DNA of 64,000 bases from Takakia lepidozioides (lineage: Eukaryota; Plantae; Bryophyta), in contig CM060732.1 of assembly GCA_030704615.1 (NCBI GenBank), positions 52,886,001 to 52,950,000 of the forward strand, written 5' to 3'. How positions within the stretch are numbered: position 1 is the first letter of the stretch; each line of letters starts with the position of its first letter. The notes beneath the pieces were generated by a model. That model ran no database searches and was not told the DNA's origin. It was given only the letters and a program-made list of their open reading frames with translations. Positions 1 through 13,217 of this stretch are shown here, piece after piece. The position numbers and the translations under genes are program-made.

Positions 1-3
1 GAA

Positions 4-826
4 CTAACATCTTCCGTCGCACATTATCAGTCTTGCCATGCACACAGAGTATGATAATTCCTGTATGTGTGGCATGGTCACTCTTATGTATGATGGGCGG
101 AGGTGTTCAGTGTGGACACAATAGTATACAATAGTATCCAAATATCAATCCAAAAGTCCAGGGCAGTTTGAAATATTACTTGTCGTCAACATCGATTAGG
201 TTGTTCATCGATTATGCCGACCACTGTTTCAGATTAGACAGTGAAGATGTGATGTCAAAGAATGGTCTAAAAGAGTGCGCACGATTGCGCGTGCTTCATT
301 CAATACAAGTCGTCACCTACAGGAACACTAACGAACAGTAGCTAATACCAAACTGTACGGGGTCGAAAAATTCATTCATTAGTATGACAATAAACTCAGT
401 GTTTTCAATTTTAAGGATTATGCAATTTATTGAACCTTGCGCAATCGCGCGAATTTGACTCCGTAGTTTACTGCATTGGATGAAAAATTGAAGATGTGAT
501 GCGAAAGAATGCCCTGAAGAAGCACGTGCGTTCGCGCGTGCTTCATTTGGTTGGTACTTGTAATCTAGCGACCAACAACAACACCATTGATACCCAGATG
601 ATTAGATGACACATATGAGGATATGTCTGAATGCATACTCAAAACTGTAAAGTGTTTCGGAAGACATTAGTTCACATTATACAATGTCAACTAAAATCTT
701 TCGTCGCACTTTATTTGTCTTGCCATGCACACAGAGTATGATAAATCCTGTATGTGTGGCATTGTCACTCTTATGTATGATGGGCGGAGGTGTTCAGTGT
801 GAACCCAATAGTATACAATAGTATCC
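4..826 (+). repeat. Dispersed direct repeats: ~135 bp (4-139 and ~691-826) and ~60 bp (~242-300 and ~489-547)
   Basis: Near-identical 'tcttgccatgcacacagagtatgataa...ggcggaggtgttcagtgtg...aatagtatacaatagtatcc' occurs twice. 'tgaagatgtgatg.aaagaatg...gcgcgtgcttcatt' also occurs twice. Confidence 0.85.
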
Positions 827-859
827 TGAAAAAGAAATTTTGCGCGAATAAGGTTGCCG

Positions 860-3430
860 CAAACTACACAGTACTCCTCCACACGGAGAATGAGGACGGA
901 ACCAAGGTTGGTGATGACACATTGGGAGGGTAGGAGACCCACACGCACAATGGCGAAGGAAATGACGACGCCGATGATGATGACGATGAAGATGACGAAC
1001 AAAGAGATCTGGAGACAGAGGAAAACTAGGAAGAAGGTGACGGAAACGAAACATTGGACAAAAATGAAGAACTTGAGGGAGGTGAGGAAGACAAAGGCGA
1101 CTACCAACCCGATGATGCCATCAACAATTTCTTGCAAGAGACAGAACAAATTGAGCAAGACAGAAATCCACCAGCTGAACAAGCAGGGAGGGTATTACCC
1201 AAAAAAAGTCACAGGCCCTGACAAATACTGGTGAAGGAAACAATCCCGAGACAACGATGTTGTCTTCCTCCACTGAAGAAGTGGGGGGAGACAATTTAAA
1301 GGATAACCCTGATTCTAAAGATGTCTTCAATAAGGAGATTCCAGCAGGGGTGGGATTCAAGCCAATGGAGAGGGATATGCCATTACAGATGTCACCATAT
1401 CAAGGTTTAAGCCAACGAGTTAGAGACATCGTTGAGGGTCAGGCATCTAGGGCATTGGTCGGCGATCAAAATTCTGTTGACGTGAGTATTGCAGATTATG
1501 AGCTGTCCTGACACTTGTAAAACCCAATTTACAAACTTGATATAACATTAGAATCTTTTACCAATGGAACTAATAACCTATTGCTCTGTGATAGTCTCGT
1601 AAAACAATCAAAATTTATACGGAAGTCTAATCACCAGCATTTTCTGTAGATCCATGAGTCCAATACGGAGGAAGTGACACATACTAGAACAAACGACACA
1701 TAACAACGTACAATGAAGAAACAATACGACTTGAGAGTGAGGATATCGTCGCCCAAGGTGGCAACTTCAGAAACCGCATGCGATCGCGCGAGGTTACTTA
1801 TGGGAGGGGTCGACAAAATTATACCGGACGGCGAAAGACCCATCGCCGGGGGAAGTGGTGGCGAAACCTCATCCGGCTTGGAGCAAGTGCCGCCAAAGCT
1901 GGTACTTCATTCTCTGCCTTTTGCTTTCTTTTCTGCATTCCATTGCGAAAAACTTCCAATGAATTAATAATTATTTCTTAATGGGCAGGATGATATGATC
2001 TATCCACTACATGACTATTCCCAAGCTGTCAATCCCGCGGATTTCTTTGCTCTTCCAATGGGTCCAAATGGATGTCAGCCCGGATATTATGTCCTGGTTC
2101 TGGATGTTGGGTTCCTATGTGAGGTCTACCTCCAGAATGGACCAAAAACCCCTCCCGCAACGCAACCTTGTATCTCTGCTGGAAGATTTAAGTTAGCAAT
2201 GCGACATGAGGTGGGAGACTTCCTCAAATGGGTCGTCAAGAAGTTTTTGGGTCATCTTATGGAACAGTGGCAAAGAAGAGACTGTCGTGGAATTCAAATC
2301 AGCCTTGTTCGGGAGGAACGCCCACAAGGTCATGCATTACAGTTCCGACTAATGTGTGGAACATAGACTTACTTTCAACACATATTGGCCTACACTACCT
2401 AAGGCCCCAATCTGCTTCAAACGACTTTACGACTTGTTCGTAGACCCCGACTCTAAAGCCTACAGGTCTAACACCCTGCTTATAGACGTCGTTGGGAACA
2501 TGTACAAGTCTTTCCTCAATCCTCTGAGCCTGGTCATCTTCCTACCTAAATACGAAGCACTTATAGATCCATACAAGGATGAGTTTTTGATGGGTCATCC
2601 GAAGCCCCACCTGGAGTCGAAGTTGAGGCATTCAAAAATGGACACTTAGGCCTTCAATGAGCAGAACCTTTTTGGAATACCTAAGGATATCTACTTTCAG
2701 GATGCTAGAGTGAAATTCATTAATCGCTGGGACTTTCCATGGCCTAAGAACAAGGAGGAATGGGATGCACATCTAAAGTACCTAGAGGTCCTTGAATTGG
2801 AACATGAGATATTAAAGTGACTAGTTTTGAGAATGAACTGGGATTTGGAGGTCATTGAGTTCCTTATCTGTTCATGGGATTCTTCTTTTCTTGATTTACT
2901 TAAGTGTCTTTATCACTCATTCACAGATCCGACAGCCTGGATCTCCACATGTGAGGGGACCCCACTTGCTAAATTTTGACGTTAATGGAGTGTTATGCAA
3001 AATAACAAAGCGCCAAAGCCCAGGACTTGCTCCACGTTTTTCAGAATCTGATTACAACATTCCTGTTACTGTTGGGTATCGGCAAATCTTTAGACGGGAG
3101 ATGTATCAGGAAGTTTGACAAGAGTTACATAAGCACTTCATTTTAGGTATCTGGAGCTGCATGGTGCTTAAAAACTTAAATGTCGTTCTGGATTTGCTCC
3201 TACGTGGTCTTCCACGGCCAGCGTTCATCATGTCGCAGGATGAGTGTAATTCGCGAAGAGTTCACGACGGGTGCGACCATCTTCGTAGGTCTTGTTGGGT
3301 TACGACTTCAAATATTCAGTCTTTCCTTACAGCAGTTTGTTGTCTGAGATCACTTGAAATGGAACTGCTCAAACACACCTTCTGGAGGATAGAGGATAAT
3401 ATCTTGGGACAGCATGTGTTCTTCTACGGT
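860..3430 (+). pseudogene. Disrupted multi-exon gene: acidic low-complexity N-terminus plus two FCP1/NIF (HAD-like phosphatase) homology domains; possibly transposon-borne
   Basis: Acidic frame DDADDDDDEDDEQ...EEN*EEGD has an in-frame TAG at ~1027. Domain 1 reads YVLVLDVGFL...RHEVGDFLKWVVKKF, then a frameshift at ~2245, then WVILWNS...*C...CFKRLYDL...NTLLIDV. Domain 2 reads LLNFDVNGVL...IFRR...EV*QELHKHFILGIWSCM...IMSQDEC, with an in-frame TGA at 3116-3118. Confidence 0.65.
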
Positions 3431-4145
3431 TGATTCTACTGATAAAGTGTACTTGACACAATATAAGAGAGATTGCGCACGGTCAAAATGTGGCAATTAT
3501 ACTTGACAGTCTTGAAGGTTTCTTTAAACTAGTAATTAGATCATCGTGAAGGCTTGGATGATGCGGAGATTGAAGATAGGGGTGTTTGCTAAATAGATAT
3601 TAGGTTGTCAATGTCAGTTGCTAGGGGCAAGGAGGATCTACACATTTTTGTTGTCGAGGTAGGAATAGCTGAAAGAAAGGAGGCACGTATGGAGCATTCG
3701 AGGAGGCTAGATGTCAAGCACAAGAGTAAGGCCAGTGAGGGCTAGTGAGGCACTGTGGATTAATAGCTACAAGAAACCTGCAGGGGTAGATGGTCAACTG
3801 GAAGCAGTAGCAGCACAGTCCACAAAACCAATGCATCGTTGCACCTTTCGAAGTCTACATGTTTTCCTGTCGCTATGCACTGCAATCATCTTTTGAAGAT
3901 GATCCTAACTCTCATTGTTATTTGGGGAGGGAGCAAGGTCTTCCCGTGGCAGCCTCTATGGCGCATACTTTGTGAGGATATTTTCTCGTCCTTGTAATTG
4001 TAAAAGTGAAACAAACATTTGTAATTGCACAATGTTGGATGCTACAATTGTAGGCCCATGGTAGTCTTCATTCTATTCAGCCAAGGATTCCTTGCATTAA
4101 TCCCACGGTCATAGGACCATCCTCGGTTATAGGCGGTGCATGTTC

Positions 4146-4186
4146 ATGCTGATGTGGCAGATGACGGCGCAGTGCCACATCAGCAT
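4146..4186. repeat. Perfect 14-bp inverted repeat (atgctgatgtggca / tgccacatcagcat), TE-remnant type
   Basis: Arms at 4146-4159 and 4173-4186 are exact reverse complements. Confidence 0.7.
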
Positions 4187-4619
4187 TTGTCGCCATATCA
4201 GCCTAATGACATCATGCTCACACCACATCAACGTGGGTGCACGCTCACGCCACGCCACTCCTGCGTGAGCGTACGCTCACGCGCAAGGCTCACGCCATTG
4301 CGTCGTTGTTCTTGAACTTGGTGTCTGGAGCTTGGACTCTGGTACGCATCAAGAACATGTGAGCTAGGGGTAGGGGTGCGTTGGCGTTGGGGTCTTCCAA
4401 GAGGAGCAGGTCTTCCAGCAGGAGCAGTTGCGGCTGTGTTCAACACCTCTCGTTGCTCTGGGGAGCGAACTGTCAGGGATGGTGGAGTAGGCAGTAAAGG
4501 GGTTGTGGTGAGGGCTGGAGCTGGATGCCTCTACGGCGTCGGGGCTGAACGAGCTGGGGACGAGCCGATTGAGGCTGCCTGACCGGCGTGGGGCCCACTG
4601 TTGCACAACGTCAGCTTGC

Positions 4620-5812
4620 TCACTTAGCGCTGCTACCGCTGTCGCTACTGCCAACACCTCCACTAACTTGGCGGCGCTGCAGGCTTTGCCGAGGTCTGGC
4701 GGCGACACCTCTCATCGTACTTTTCACTTCTTTCTCTCTCTCTATCAGTACTCTGGCAGCATTTCTCGGTCATAGTTGGTAATCCAGGTGGTTCACAGAA
4801 TCCAGGGGATGTCCACGTGTGTTGCTTCATGTCATACATCACAACTTCTGGATTGGGTATATTGCCAGTTCACATGAATGTGAGATTGTCATGGCTCATC
4901 ACGTCAAAATAGTAGTGCCTGGTGGCCATTCTTGCGATCTCCAGTCACTCTGCAGTCTTTGTAGAAACTTGGAACTCCCATATTTCTAAGTGTGGATCAT
5001 CTCGATGGTGAAGAAGCCCAACTAGCAATAGGCGCCCCTCACTCTCTACAAGCCTTGGAGCAACACAACAACTAGGCATTCGTCCAGGCATTCGTATAGC
5101 AACTTGAGGCATTTGTACATCAACTTGAGTCCAAACGCCGGCACCCATCTCATAAACCATCAAAGCGTTGTCAGACTCTGGTCCATAAAACAGAGCGTAG
5201 AGAGTAGGGCCACATATCACAAAACCACCCCCGTTCACGTGCCCGCATCTTTTCAGTCTCGGTCCAACGCTCGCATATGGAGTCATACATGTGTGTTCTC
5301 CAATGTATGAAAGTGTCGTCCGGCCGATACTCGTGTGACATCACAATGATCTTGTAGGTCTTGCTGCGTCTATCCACAATCAAGTGCCCCTTGTCCACAG
5401 CCACACAGTGTCTTGAGTTGGCGAAAGGCAGGGCAGGCAATTGTCTGGAACTGTTCAAGAGAGGATTGAACACAATCCATGGTAAGTCAGCGTAGTCCGA
5501 TGTGCAAAGAAATAAGCCTCCATCTGCAGCACTGTATACTAAATTATCATTCGGAAGTTTGAGGCCGATTTTGTGCCAGCGTCAAGTTGTCGGGGTATAC
5601 AACATGCAAACATGTGGCCATCTGCCGAAAGACAAGATATAGGAGCCTTGGTGAAGAGGGAGGTGCTGACAGAGTTGTTGGAAACTAGCAGTCGATGGGA
5701 GAGAATTCCACAACTTGCAAACCGACTTAAAGCGGACAAGACTTCGATATGGCAAAAGGGCCAACACTACCATCACTAACTCGAATGGGAGCATGCTCCA
5801 AATCTCCTCCAT
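4620..5812 (-). pseudogene. F-box / kelch-like (F-box-associated) protein pseudogene
   Basis: N-terminal F-box IWSMLPFELVMVVLALLPYRSLVRFKSVCKLWNSL. In-frame TGA at 5582 reads through to ...DGGLFL...VFNPLLNSSRQLP...YKIIV...YDS..W. Frameshift at ~5245 leads to ...PRLVESEGRLLLV...EIWEF. Further stops at 4945 and ~4870, then VVMYDMKQHTW. Confidence 0.85.
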
Positions 5813-7967
5813 ATTGCGGAGGCGACAAAACCTCTACAAATGTGTACTTGTGATCCTAACACGGGGAGCTTGGGGGAAAGAGAAGAAGGGAAAGAAAGAC
5901 GACTCTGAGAAAACCCATGAGTCCGACTTTATATCAAAAGCCTCGCTCATGCTTTTGCTATTCTGGTTCTTTGCTAACCCTTTTACTATTTCCAGCCGTG
6001 CTTTGTATGTTTTCTATTTCTGTGTGGTTTGTAGTTTATACACAGAAACCTTGAAACTACTGTGTGCGTGAAACCGGGAGGGAGATGGAAGCTGTGGAAG
6101 CTGGATACACAGGCGGGTCGGACACTCCATCTCTTGCTCTGCACGGAGGTCACAGACAGCAGTGTGTTTGTTGGTGTTTAAGGTTATTAGTTCGTGGGAA
6201 GCTGCATAGATCCAATGAAGCCTTGGCGCTGACTGTTGGGAGCATGATGCAGTCAGCTGGACAGGCGATGCAAGCAGGGTCCCTGGTATCAGAGTTGGTA
6301 TGCTGCTCTTGTAAGTCCTCCTTTCTTGGCCGGTGGTCAAGGTTATGAAGTGGATCACGTCTGCGGCATTTATGCTACTCTATGCTACTGTCCCACTCCC
6401 ACGGCAATGCAGTGTGTGTTCTGTGATATGTTTGGCAGCTACCCTCCATTGTAGGAAGAGATAGCATGTGTCACATAGAAGCAAGGGATGGAAATGGGGC
6501 TGCTCAGGTTGCAGACACATTTCATTTCCGGTGCTGGTTGCAGTGCCTTATGGCATTGCCAGAAGATCAGGCGCGGGAAAGCCTAGTGACCTGTAACTCG
6601 GGTGGTTTCGGGTTTTAGGATTTGAGAGGGAAACAGAGAACAACAGACCCGTACCAGGAGGGAGGGAGGCAGGGTTGATTGGGTTGATTGATAATTCCAG
6701 CTGTGGAGGGGTGCTGATGAGCCCCAAAGCCATGGCTAGCTTCTCACCGTGGTTGCACGAGAGAATTCCTTCATCTCCTCCTCCACATCATGCAATACAA
6801 ATCGTGTGTCAGGCACATACCGAGCCTCCTTCATCTGCCCAGACAATGCCTGTTGACCTCAATGCAGGAGCGGCCTGGCTTCTCTTCTAGACCTATCTTA
6901 AACGACCGGGGTTAAACGGCCGGAGATTAAACGACCGGATTTATTGGGCTCCTTAGAAGCACATGTGTATCATGCTGCATTTTGCATAGTTTCTCTCACC
7001 CGAATCGGTTGCATTTTGATCTCCACTAGTTGTGTCATCTCTTGAGAACCAGGACCTCAAGCTGATATTTGGCAGTGAATCTACCACTTTAGATCGGTGA
7101 TGGTTGTTCATGCATGAGTTCATAAATGGAAAAGGAATGTGCTATATTATTGTGTTCCTTCGACTTTCTGGTTGATCAGCCTTAGTCAACTGAACTGTAA
7201 CTTTAGCAATTAGTACTCTGAACTGATTCATAATCATTGAGCATTTTCAGGTCCTGTGCAACTATGAGTGTTCCTAGTTACTGGATGGTACAAGAAATTT
7301 GTCCCAGTTGGTGAAGACTCTAATGGGCTGAACTGCACAAGAGCATGGGGTTGGTATGTGTTGTTGGCTTACTGTCCCTGTGACAAATGCAGTACTCTCC
7401 TGAATGAAAATGGAACGCTACTGGTGATTTCTCAGTAAACCATGTCCTCCTTACTAAGCCGGAGTCACAACTGCTTTAATATGCAACTTGTTTTATCTCT
7501 TTCTTACTTTGGTGCTGTGGTCGTTGGCAGGGACAACAATATAGAGTTCAGAATCCAAAGCTGCTGGAAACTTTCCGCCTCACCAATGTGACAACCTTTT
7601 GGAGTACCACCCTGTACGACTCTCCTACTTTTGGATTGTGTAACCTGATCTAGTGAGCACTTGGCTATCGGAGAGGCTTTTGGAATAATACACCTAAAAA
7701 TGTGTCTCTCTCCTACACAGATATCACATGTTGATTTCTATACGTGGGACTTGTTTCAGAGATCTTGTGACCAGTTTCTACCTCTTATTTCCATGCCAGA
7801 CCATGGCAAGAAATGGGCCCATTCTCAACCAGTGACTCAAAATATCTATTTTGCATCGGGTTGATGTGGCTAGCTCCGCGTCATCTCATCTTCCGCCTAT
7901 GCCTGACACTTCACCTATCTCCTTGCCTGATCTCCTCCAGGCTGTTGGCCGGGAGGGTCGCTCTGCT

Positions 7968-8070
7968 TGAGTAGCTTACTATAGCTTCTGTTTTCGTCGC
8001 TGGTTGAGTAGCTTACTATAGCTTCTGTTTTCTTCTCTAGCTGAGTAGCTTACTATAGCTTTTTGTTTTC
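7968..8070 (+). repeat. Three copies of ~28-bp 'tgagtagcttactatagcttctgttttc', within a possible non-LTR retroelement 3' remnant
   Basis: Copies at ~7968, ~8004 and ~8042. Followed by aataaa and 'ggtttcatcaaaa' (~8165). Confidence 0.6.
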
Positions 8071-8513
8071 TTCTCTTGTTTCTTGTTCCTCCTCCCCCCT
8101 TTTTGGGAACTTCTCATCCTATGTACGTTCACCCATTGTACATGTTGTAAATAAAGTCTTACAGGGTTTCATCAAAAGCTCTCTTGACAGATCTGATTAC
8201 CTAGTGCTTCTCTGAGTCCCGACATAGTGGTTCCAATGTGTAATCCATTTCAGCCGCACGATCAAGTTACAGTAGGATCAAGTTCACATCTACACCGTCC
8301 AATTCTTACTCATTATTTTTGAGGAATTAACTTGGAATTCCAGAAAAATCTACTGAAGAATCCCCAAGTAGAGTAAAAAAGAAACAGCTCCTGAAAGGGA
8401 TGCGGGTTCCAAAAACAACTATCACCGCCTGAACCTTTGGTCCACTCTTAGCATAAGACATGTCATTGAAAAACAATATCCCATATGTTTGCGCATGGTG
8501 GGCGCCTTAGTAT

Positions 8514-8629
8514 AGGGTAATGCCATGAGTGGAGGGCATTCCCGGATTTAAGGGCCTGACGCCAAGAGTGGTAGCCCTAGGGGAAGGCCCGAAAAACTGG
8601 GAATGCCCCCACACGAGGAGCATTACCCT
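8514..8629. repeat. ~116-nt imperfect palindrome / fold-back
   Basis: Nested inverted pairs agggtaatgc/gcattaccct, gggcattccc/gggaatgccc and gggcct/aggccc. Confidence 0.7.
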
Positions 8630-10013
8630 CAATAAAGAAATGCCAAAAAATTAAAAAAAAAATCTAATGGCCTGTGCATTCTACATTTCGGAATGCACTG
8701 GAGGGAGCTGATGGGGTACATTCCGCCAGGTGGACACCTAGATGACTTCTGCTTTTTAACGGCCCGATAAATACAGACAAATTTTTGCTTTACTGACTAA
8801 AAGACCGCACTGCCGCGGTGTGCCAGGCTACAGCCTATAGCCCCATCCTTGTGGAATATCGTACATAACTTAGCATTTAAAGCGATTTCCATCCACAGAT
8901 TTCACGTTTACATCCAAATCGTATCTATCGGGTAAGTACGAAGGTAGATGTATGAAGGGTCGCTGGTTATGTATGCTACGGTTAGTACTTCTGCATGCTC
9001 AAACACGATCAGAATCTGACACGTAAAAAAAATCGCGTCAAAAGCTAGGTTATTGGTTCCCACGATACTTAGAAATTCCCCAAGTCGGCCGAGCACAGGG
9101 CCCTCACGAGTCACAACAGAGAAGGCAAAGGCTAAGGCTGGCCTATGGAGGCGAGATGATAATTGAAGTTTGAGACTGTTCAAGTTTGAATATTTAGAGC
9201 ATGCCCAGCAGGCGCTCTCTCTGGCGCGCTGTCGTCAAAATAGCGCGGCCGCCGAGACCGCGCGTCCCCAGCAGCACCTTCAAGCGCTTCAAAATGGTGA
9301 GCCTCACCAAAAATCGTCGCACTCCCACGCTATCTTCCGGCCGTTTGGTGTGTGGCATTCTCCCCCGCTACCGGCGCTCAGCCTCATATGTAATGACGAG
9401 TGGCGGGGCAGGCGGCGGGGCCCACGGCCACCTCAGCCTGCGCCATTACTCCCCTTGGGTTATGGTGCGTTGCTGCTGGGGCTCTTGCCAGCCGACGCGC
9501 TATCTAACTTGCCTGCCTCACCAGGTGCCTCACGAGCATAGTGATAGCGCGGCAGTTTAGTGAGCCTATGCTGGGCATGCTCGTAGGTAGTGAGGTTTAA
9601 GCTTACCTGGGAATGGGCACGTACAGAAACGTGGACGTTCCTCGCCGGGTGAATCTTGGAGCGTGGTGTTAAAGACCAGGAGATGAAGATAGGAAAGCTG
9701 GGGCGGTGCGCGCTCGCCACAGCTATCATTCTCAATTCTTGTTCCTCTCTGGCACAAGCTTTGCTCTGCACAGTGTACACCGTGCTATCGCGACAACTGC
9801 TGCCTTTCAGCAGCTTTACCACACTATTCAGACAAACTCGACGAGTATATTTCGAAATCTCACGGCCGTGCTTCCCACTTCCTGGATGCTCCAAATTGAT
9901 ACAGAGAATATAATTACGACAAAAAATGTCACAGGACACAAGTCTACATTGCTTCTAACTAGAAATAATGAGGGCCCTGACACAGCAATGGTATGGAGCA
10001 ATGTGCTGAGAGT

Positions 10014-11721
10014 TTAGGCAACCCGGCTCTTCACAAGGAGGAGGCGCCTGTAAGGCTTTCCGTGTGAATCGGCCTTCACATGTCTCGGAACGCTGCGCAT
10101 TTGGTTGAAGAGATTCAGTTCGTCACGTACAAGCCCGAAGTTGGCATCCACGTCACCAATTTGGGACACCTTCACTTGGGAGAATCCTAAGCTAGGCAGT
10201 AACTCTTCTGGCCAGTCACTGTGGAAATAGAAATTGGTGTTCAACTCCCGTGCTAGCTGAATGGACGACTCGTTCATGAAATCAGCGAGTAATACTGTCT
10301 CATTCTTGCAATTGCCAGAGATACATTTCAAAGTTTCCATGGCATCAGATTCGTGTAAATAGTACAAAAGCCCTTCCAGCATCCAGACAGTCGGTAGATT
10401 TGGATTGTATCCAGCATGTACAAGTCTGAAGAACCAGTCCTGAGATGCTATGTCAGCTTCCACTTTTTGTATGCTTTTTGCTTTCATTGTTGGAAGAGTC
10501 TGGCCATATTCTTTCATGGCCTGGAGAATCGAGTCTTTTAATTGCACCACCTTCGGGAAGTCCACCTCAAACACAGAGCAGTCTTTCAAAGAGCTCAAGC
10601 GATACGCGCGAGCATCCATTCCTGCAAACAATCGCACTGCTATGCTCAGGAGATGCTTTACTACTTACAAGGACCTGTGACGAACTTCCCTTAAGGAAAA
10701 AAAAAGTGTCAGATGCCCCCCAAGCATCATCAGAACAACGTTAGATAATTGGCGTAAGCAGTCAGAAAAACCTAAGTCAGCAACAATTTCTTTTTCTTGA
10801 AATGTCACCAAACTGTACTGAAGACCATAAGAATACTGCGAATTCACCGGAGTACATATGCTGTATATTACCTGTGACCAGACAGTGTGACTATTTCTGC
10901 ATTTACGATACCACATCGAGCTGATCACATGAGACACTACAAGCAGAACTCACTATGAACTGAACTAGTGGCCCAATGAATGTGATCAGAGATGAAAACG
11001 TGGGGGCGTTCTTACCAGCACCAAGCAGCACTACTTGAGGGCCTGCGCCGTTAGAGGCAAAACAGCCGAGCGCTTCTTCTAGTCGAGCATCAAACCATAG
11101 AGTGCGAACTGCTAGCATTACTCCTGCGGTTTCTCTGGCATTCCTTTCCCGATCCCTATTCATTTTTTCTTGCAAGCTGCTCAGGAACGTCTCTCCAGCA
11201 AAGACTTCAGCCAGAGGATCATGAATCACATGGTTCCATAGGGCACGTCCTGCTGCTGTTTGACAGGCACTCCTTTCGAGGACATCCCGCTGTGGATCTA
11301 ACGAGCTATGCAACTGTCGTATGGTCTCCAATTGACCTTCAGAGAGAAACTCCTTAAATTTATAGTGCTCACTATGAGAGTTGTCAGTGAGTTTGTCACA
11401 ACTGGAGTTGTCTTCGAGTCCTTCTGTAGAATCGTAACCAGATGTCAAGGTATGTTCTTCCTGTTCGGATTGAAGTGGCTCACCATTATTTATGGAGCGA
11501 ACTCCGATAGCACTCATATTAATTAACAGTTGTAGCTTCCTACTTGCAAGATGTACGACGTGAAGCCTTTCAGACCATGACGTCAAGGTTGCAGCAGGCA
11601 CGGCCACAGCGCTCCGCAGCAAAGCGCACACCACCTTCGCAGATACATATTCCGCAAAGGCGCATGGAGACAGCACACTTACGCTTCGAAATTGCGGTGT
11701 CAGCACCGCAAGCGATGGCAT
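10014..11721 (-). CDS. S-adenosyl-L-methionine-dependent methyltransferase, leucine carboxyl methyltransferase (LCM) family; 2 exons (11721-11016, 10621-10014), probable N-terminal transit peptide
   Basis: Motifs HDPLAEVFAG, AVRTLWFD, QVVLLGA|GMDARAYRL, FEVDFP, WMLEGLLYYL. GT-AG intron 11015-10622 joins in frame. The start could alternatively be Met at ~11517. Confidence 0.9.
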
Positions 11722-12330
11722 ACTCTGCTCTTGCGCTCCCCTTCAACTTCCCTCCCATCAACAATACCTCCACTTAATTCGACTCTGCACTGCACCATTC
11801 CGCACAATCCCTCTCTTTCTTATACTTCCAGTCCCACAGCTACACTGAGCCATTGGCGTGGCAGGCGCCACGAGCTGCGCTTGCTTCCCGAACGCCTCAA
11901 GCGGCCGAACAAAAATGGGAGGCTGCCTCCACTCTGCACTGCACTGGAGCGGTGCTACCTAGTGTGATATACCGGTAACTTATCATCACCGTCGTGGGAC
12001 CACCACCATAGCTCGCCCTGCATCGCATCCCCTCTTCTCGGCTTATCTCTTCTCACGCCACGCCTGCGCTCTTCTCTGTCATACCGGTCGCCTCTTCCCC
12101 CTCGTGGGACCCCTGCCGACGCGGCACATTCGGGCACCTGTGGTTGGCTGGAACCCCCTTTATCTTCTCGCCGGGTTTGCTCAGACCCACCAATCAACGC
12201 TCGCCCGGTAGGCGGCACGCGCGAGGAGTAACAAGCCTAGACGCCACACGCTCCTCACCCCGCATGAATGGTGCGCCGTCTCCCACCGCCGCCATCGCCC
12301 TGCTTTGCTTGGTGCGCCTTCTCGCCCTCA

Positions 12331-12576
12331 CCCTCGTTTTGCCAATGTATAGCCACTTTTTGCCACAGTATGGCCACACTTTCTCACAGTATTTCCCCGT
12401 ATTGTTACGTATAGCCAAGTTTTTCCATAGTATAGCCAAGTTAGGCTGTAGTATAGCCTGTATTATTAGTTTCTGGCAAAAACATTTCGCAGAGAAGGCC
12501 ATTTTTATTTATAAATTTCATATAGCTATGTTTTTTTTGTTTTCTTTTGTGTTGGTGTATATTTGGCAGAAAAGGG
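12331..12576. mobile_element. Degenerate MITE-like remnant with internal 'tatagcc' repeats
   Basis: Imperfect terminal inverted pair ccctcgttttgccaatgtatagcca / tggtgtatatttggcagaaaaggg. About five tatagcc/tatggcc motifs inside. Confidence 0.4.
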
Positions 12577-13217
12577 CCCAAATTTGTAATTTCAAAGCGC
12601 GGACTGGTTCACAACTCAGAACAGACGCCTGAGATCTGTACGCACAATTGCATAAGATACGGAGGTGGATTCCGGGTGGAATCCGACGATTGATCTGCAG
12701 AATCTGTCTCTCTCTCTCAATGTGGCCTAGGAAATGAGAGTTTGTAGAAACTGTAGGTAAACGTGGCCTGTGTTGTGTGTGTGTGTGTGTGTGTGTGTAC
12801 ATAGGCTTTTCGTGTGGTGAAAGTGTTGCATTGGCAGCTTGAATGTAAAATCAGATTATGTTCTCTAAATGTTTTGCTCAAATCGAACTGATTGGTTGGA
12901 AGTGAGAGATTTCGGGATCTCGGGATGCTAGAATCCATTGTCTGGAGCAAACGTGGGGTAACGCTGAAAAGCTGGAGCTATGGCGGCAGGCTGGGCATTC
13001 TCGTGGAAGAGCATGGTGGATTGAGGAAAGGCAAGTTGAGTGGGGTTGGTTTGTGCTGTGAGCTTTTTTTAGGGCAGTGCCCGTTTGGAGAATGACGGAG
13101 AGCTCTGGTGGGGTGAGAACAGCTTGAAAAGCAGGCAAGCTAAGCGAGGTGGGATTGTGATGTGAGCATTTTAGGGCAGGGCCCAAGCAGTGCAGAGGGC
13201 CATCGAAGGGGAGGGCT

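Noticed and set aside
691-1234. Hydrophobic 163-aa (-) and Met/Thr/Lys-rich 126-aa (+) ORFs
   Set aside because: Shadow frames of the broken acidic coding frame.
4870-5584. Selenocysteine or readthrough recoding of the TGA codons in the F-box gene
   Set aside because: A frameshift co-occurs, land plants lack Sec machinery, and no SECIS is evident. Pseudogene is the simpler explanation.
7030-7650. Possible exon remnants with splice-like sites
   Set aside because: All frames are interrupted and no protein family is recognisable.
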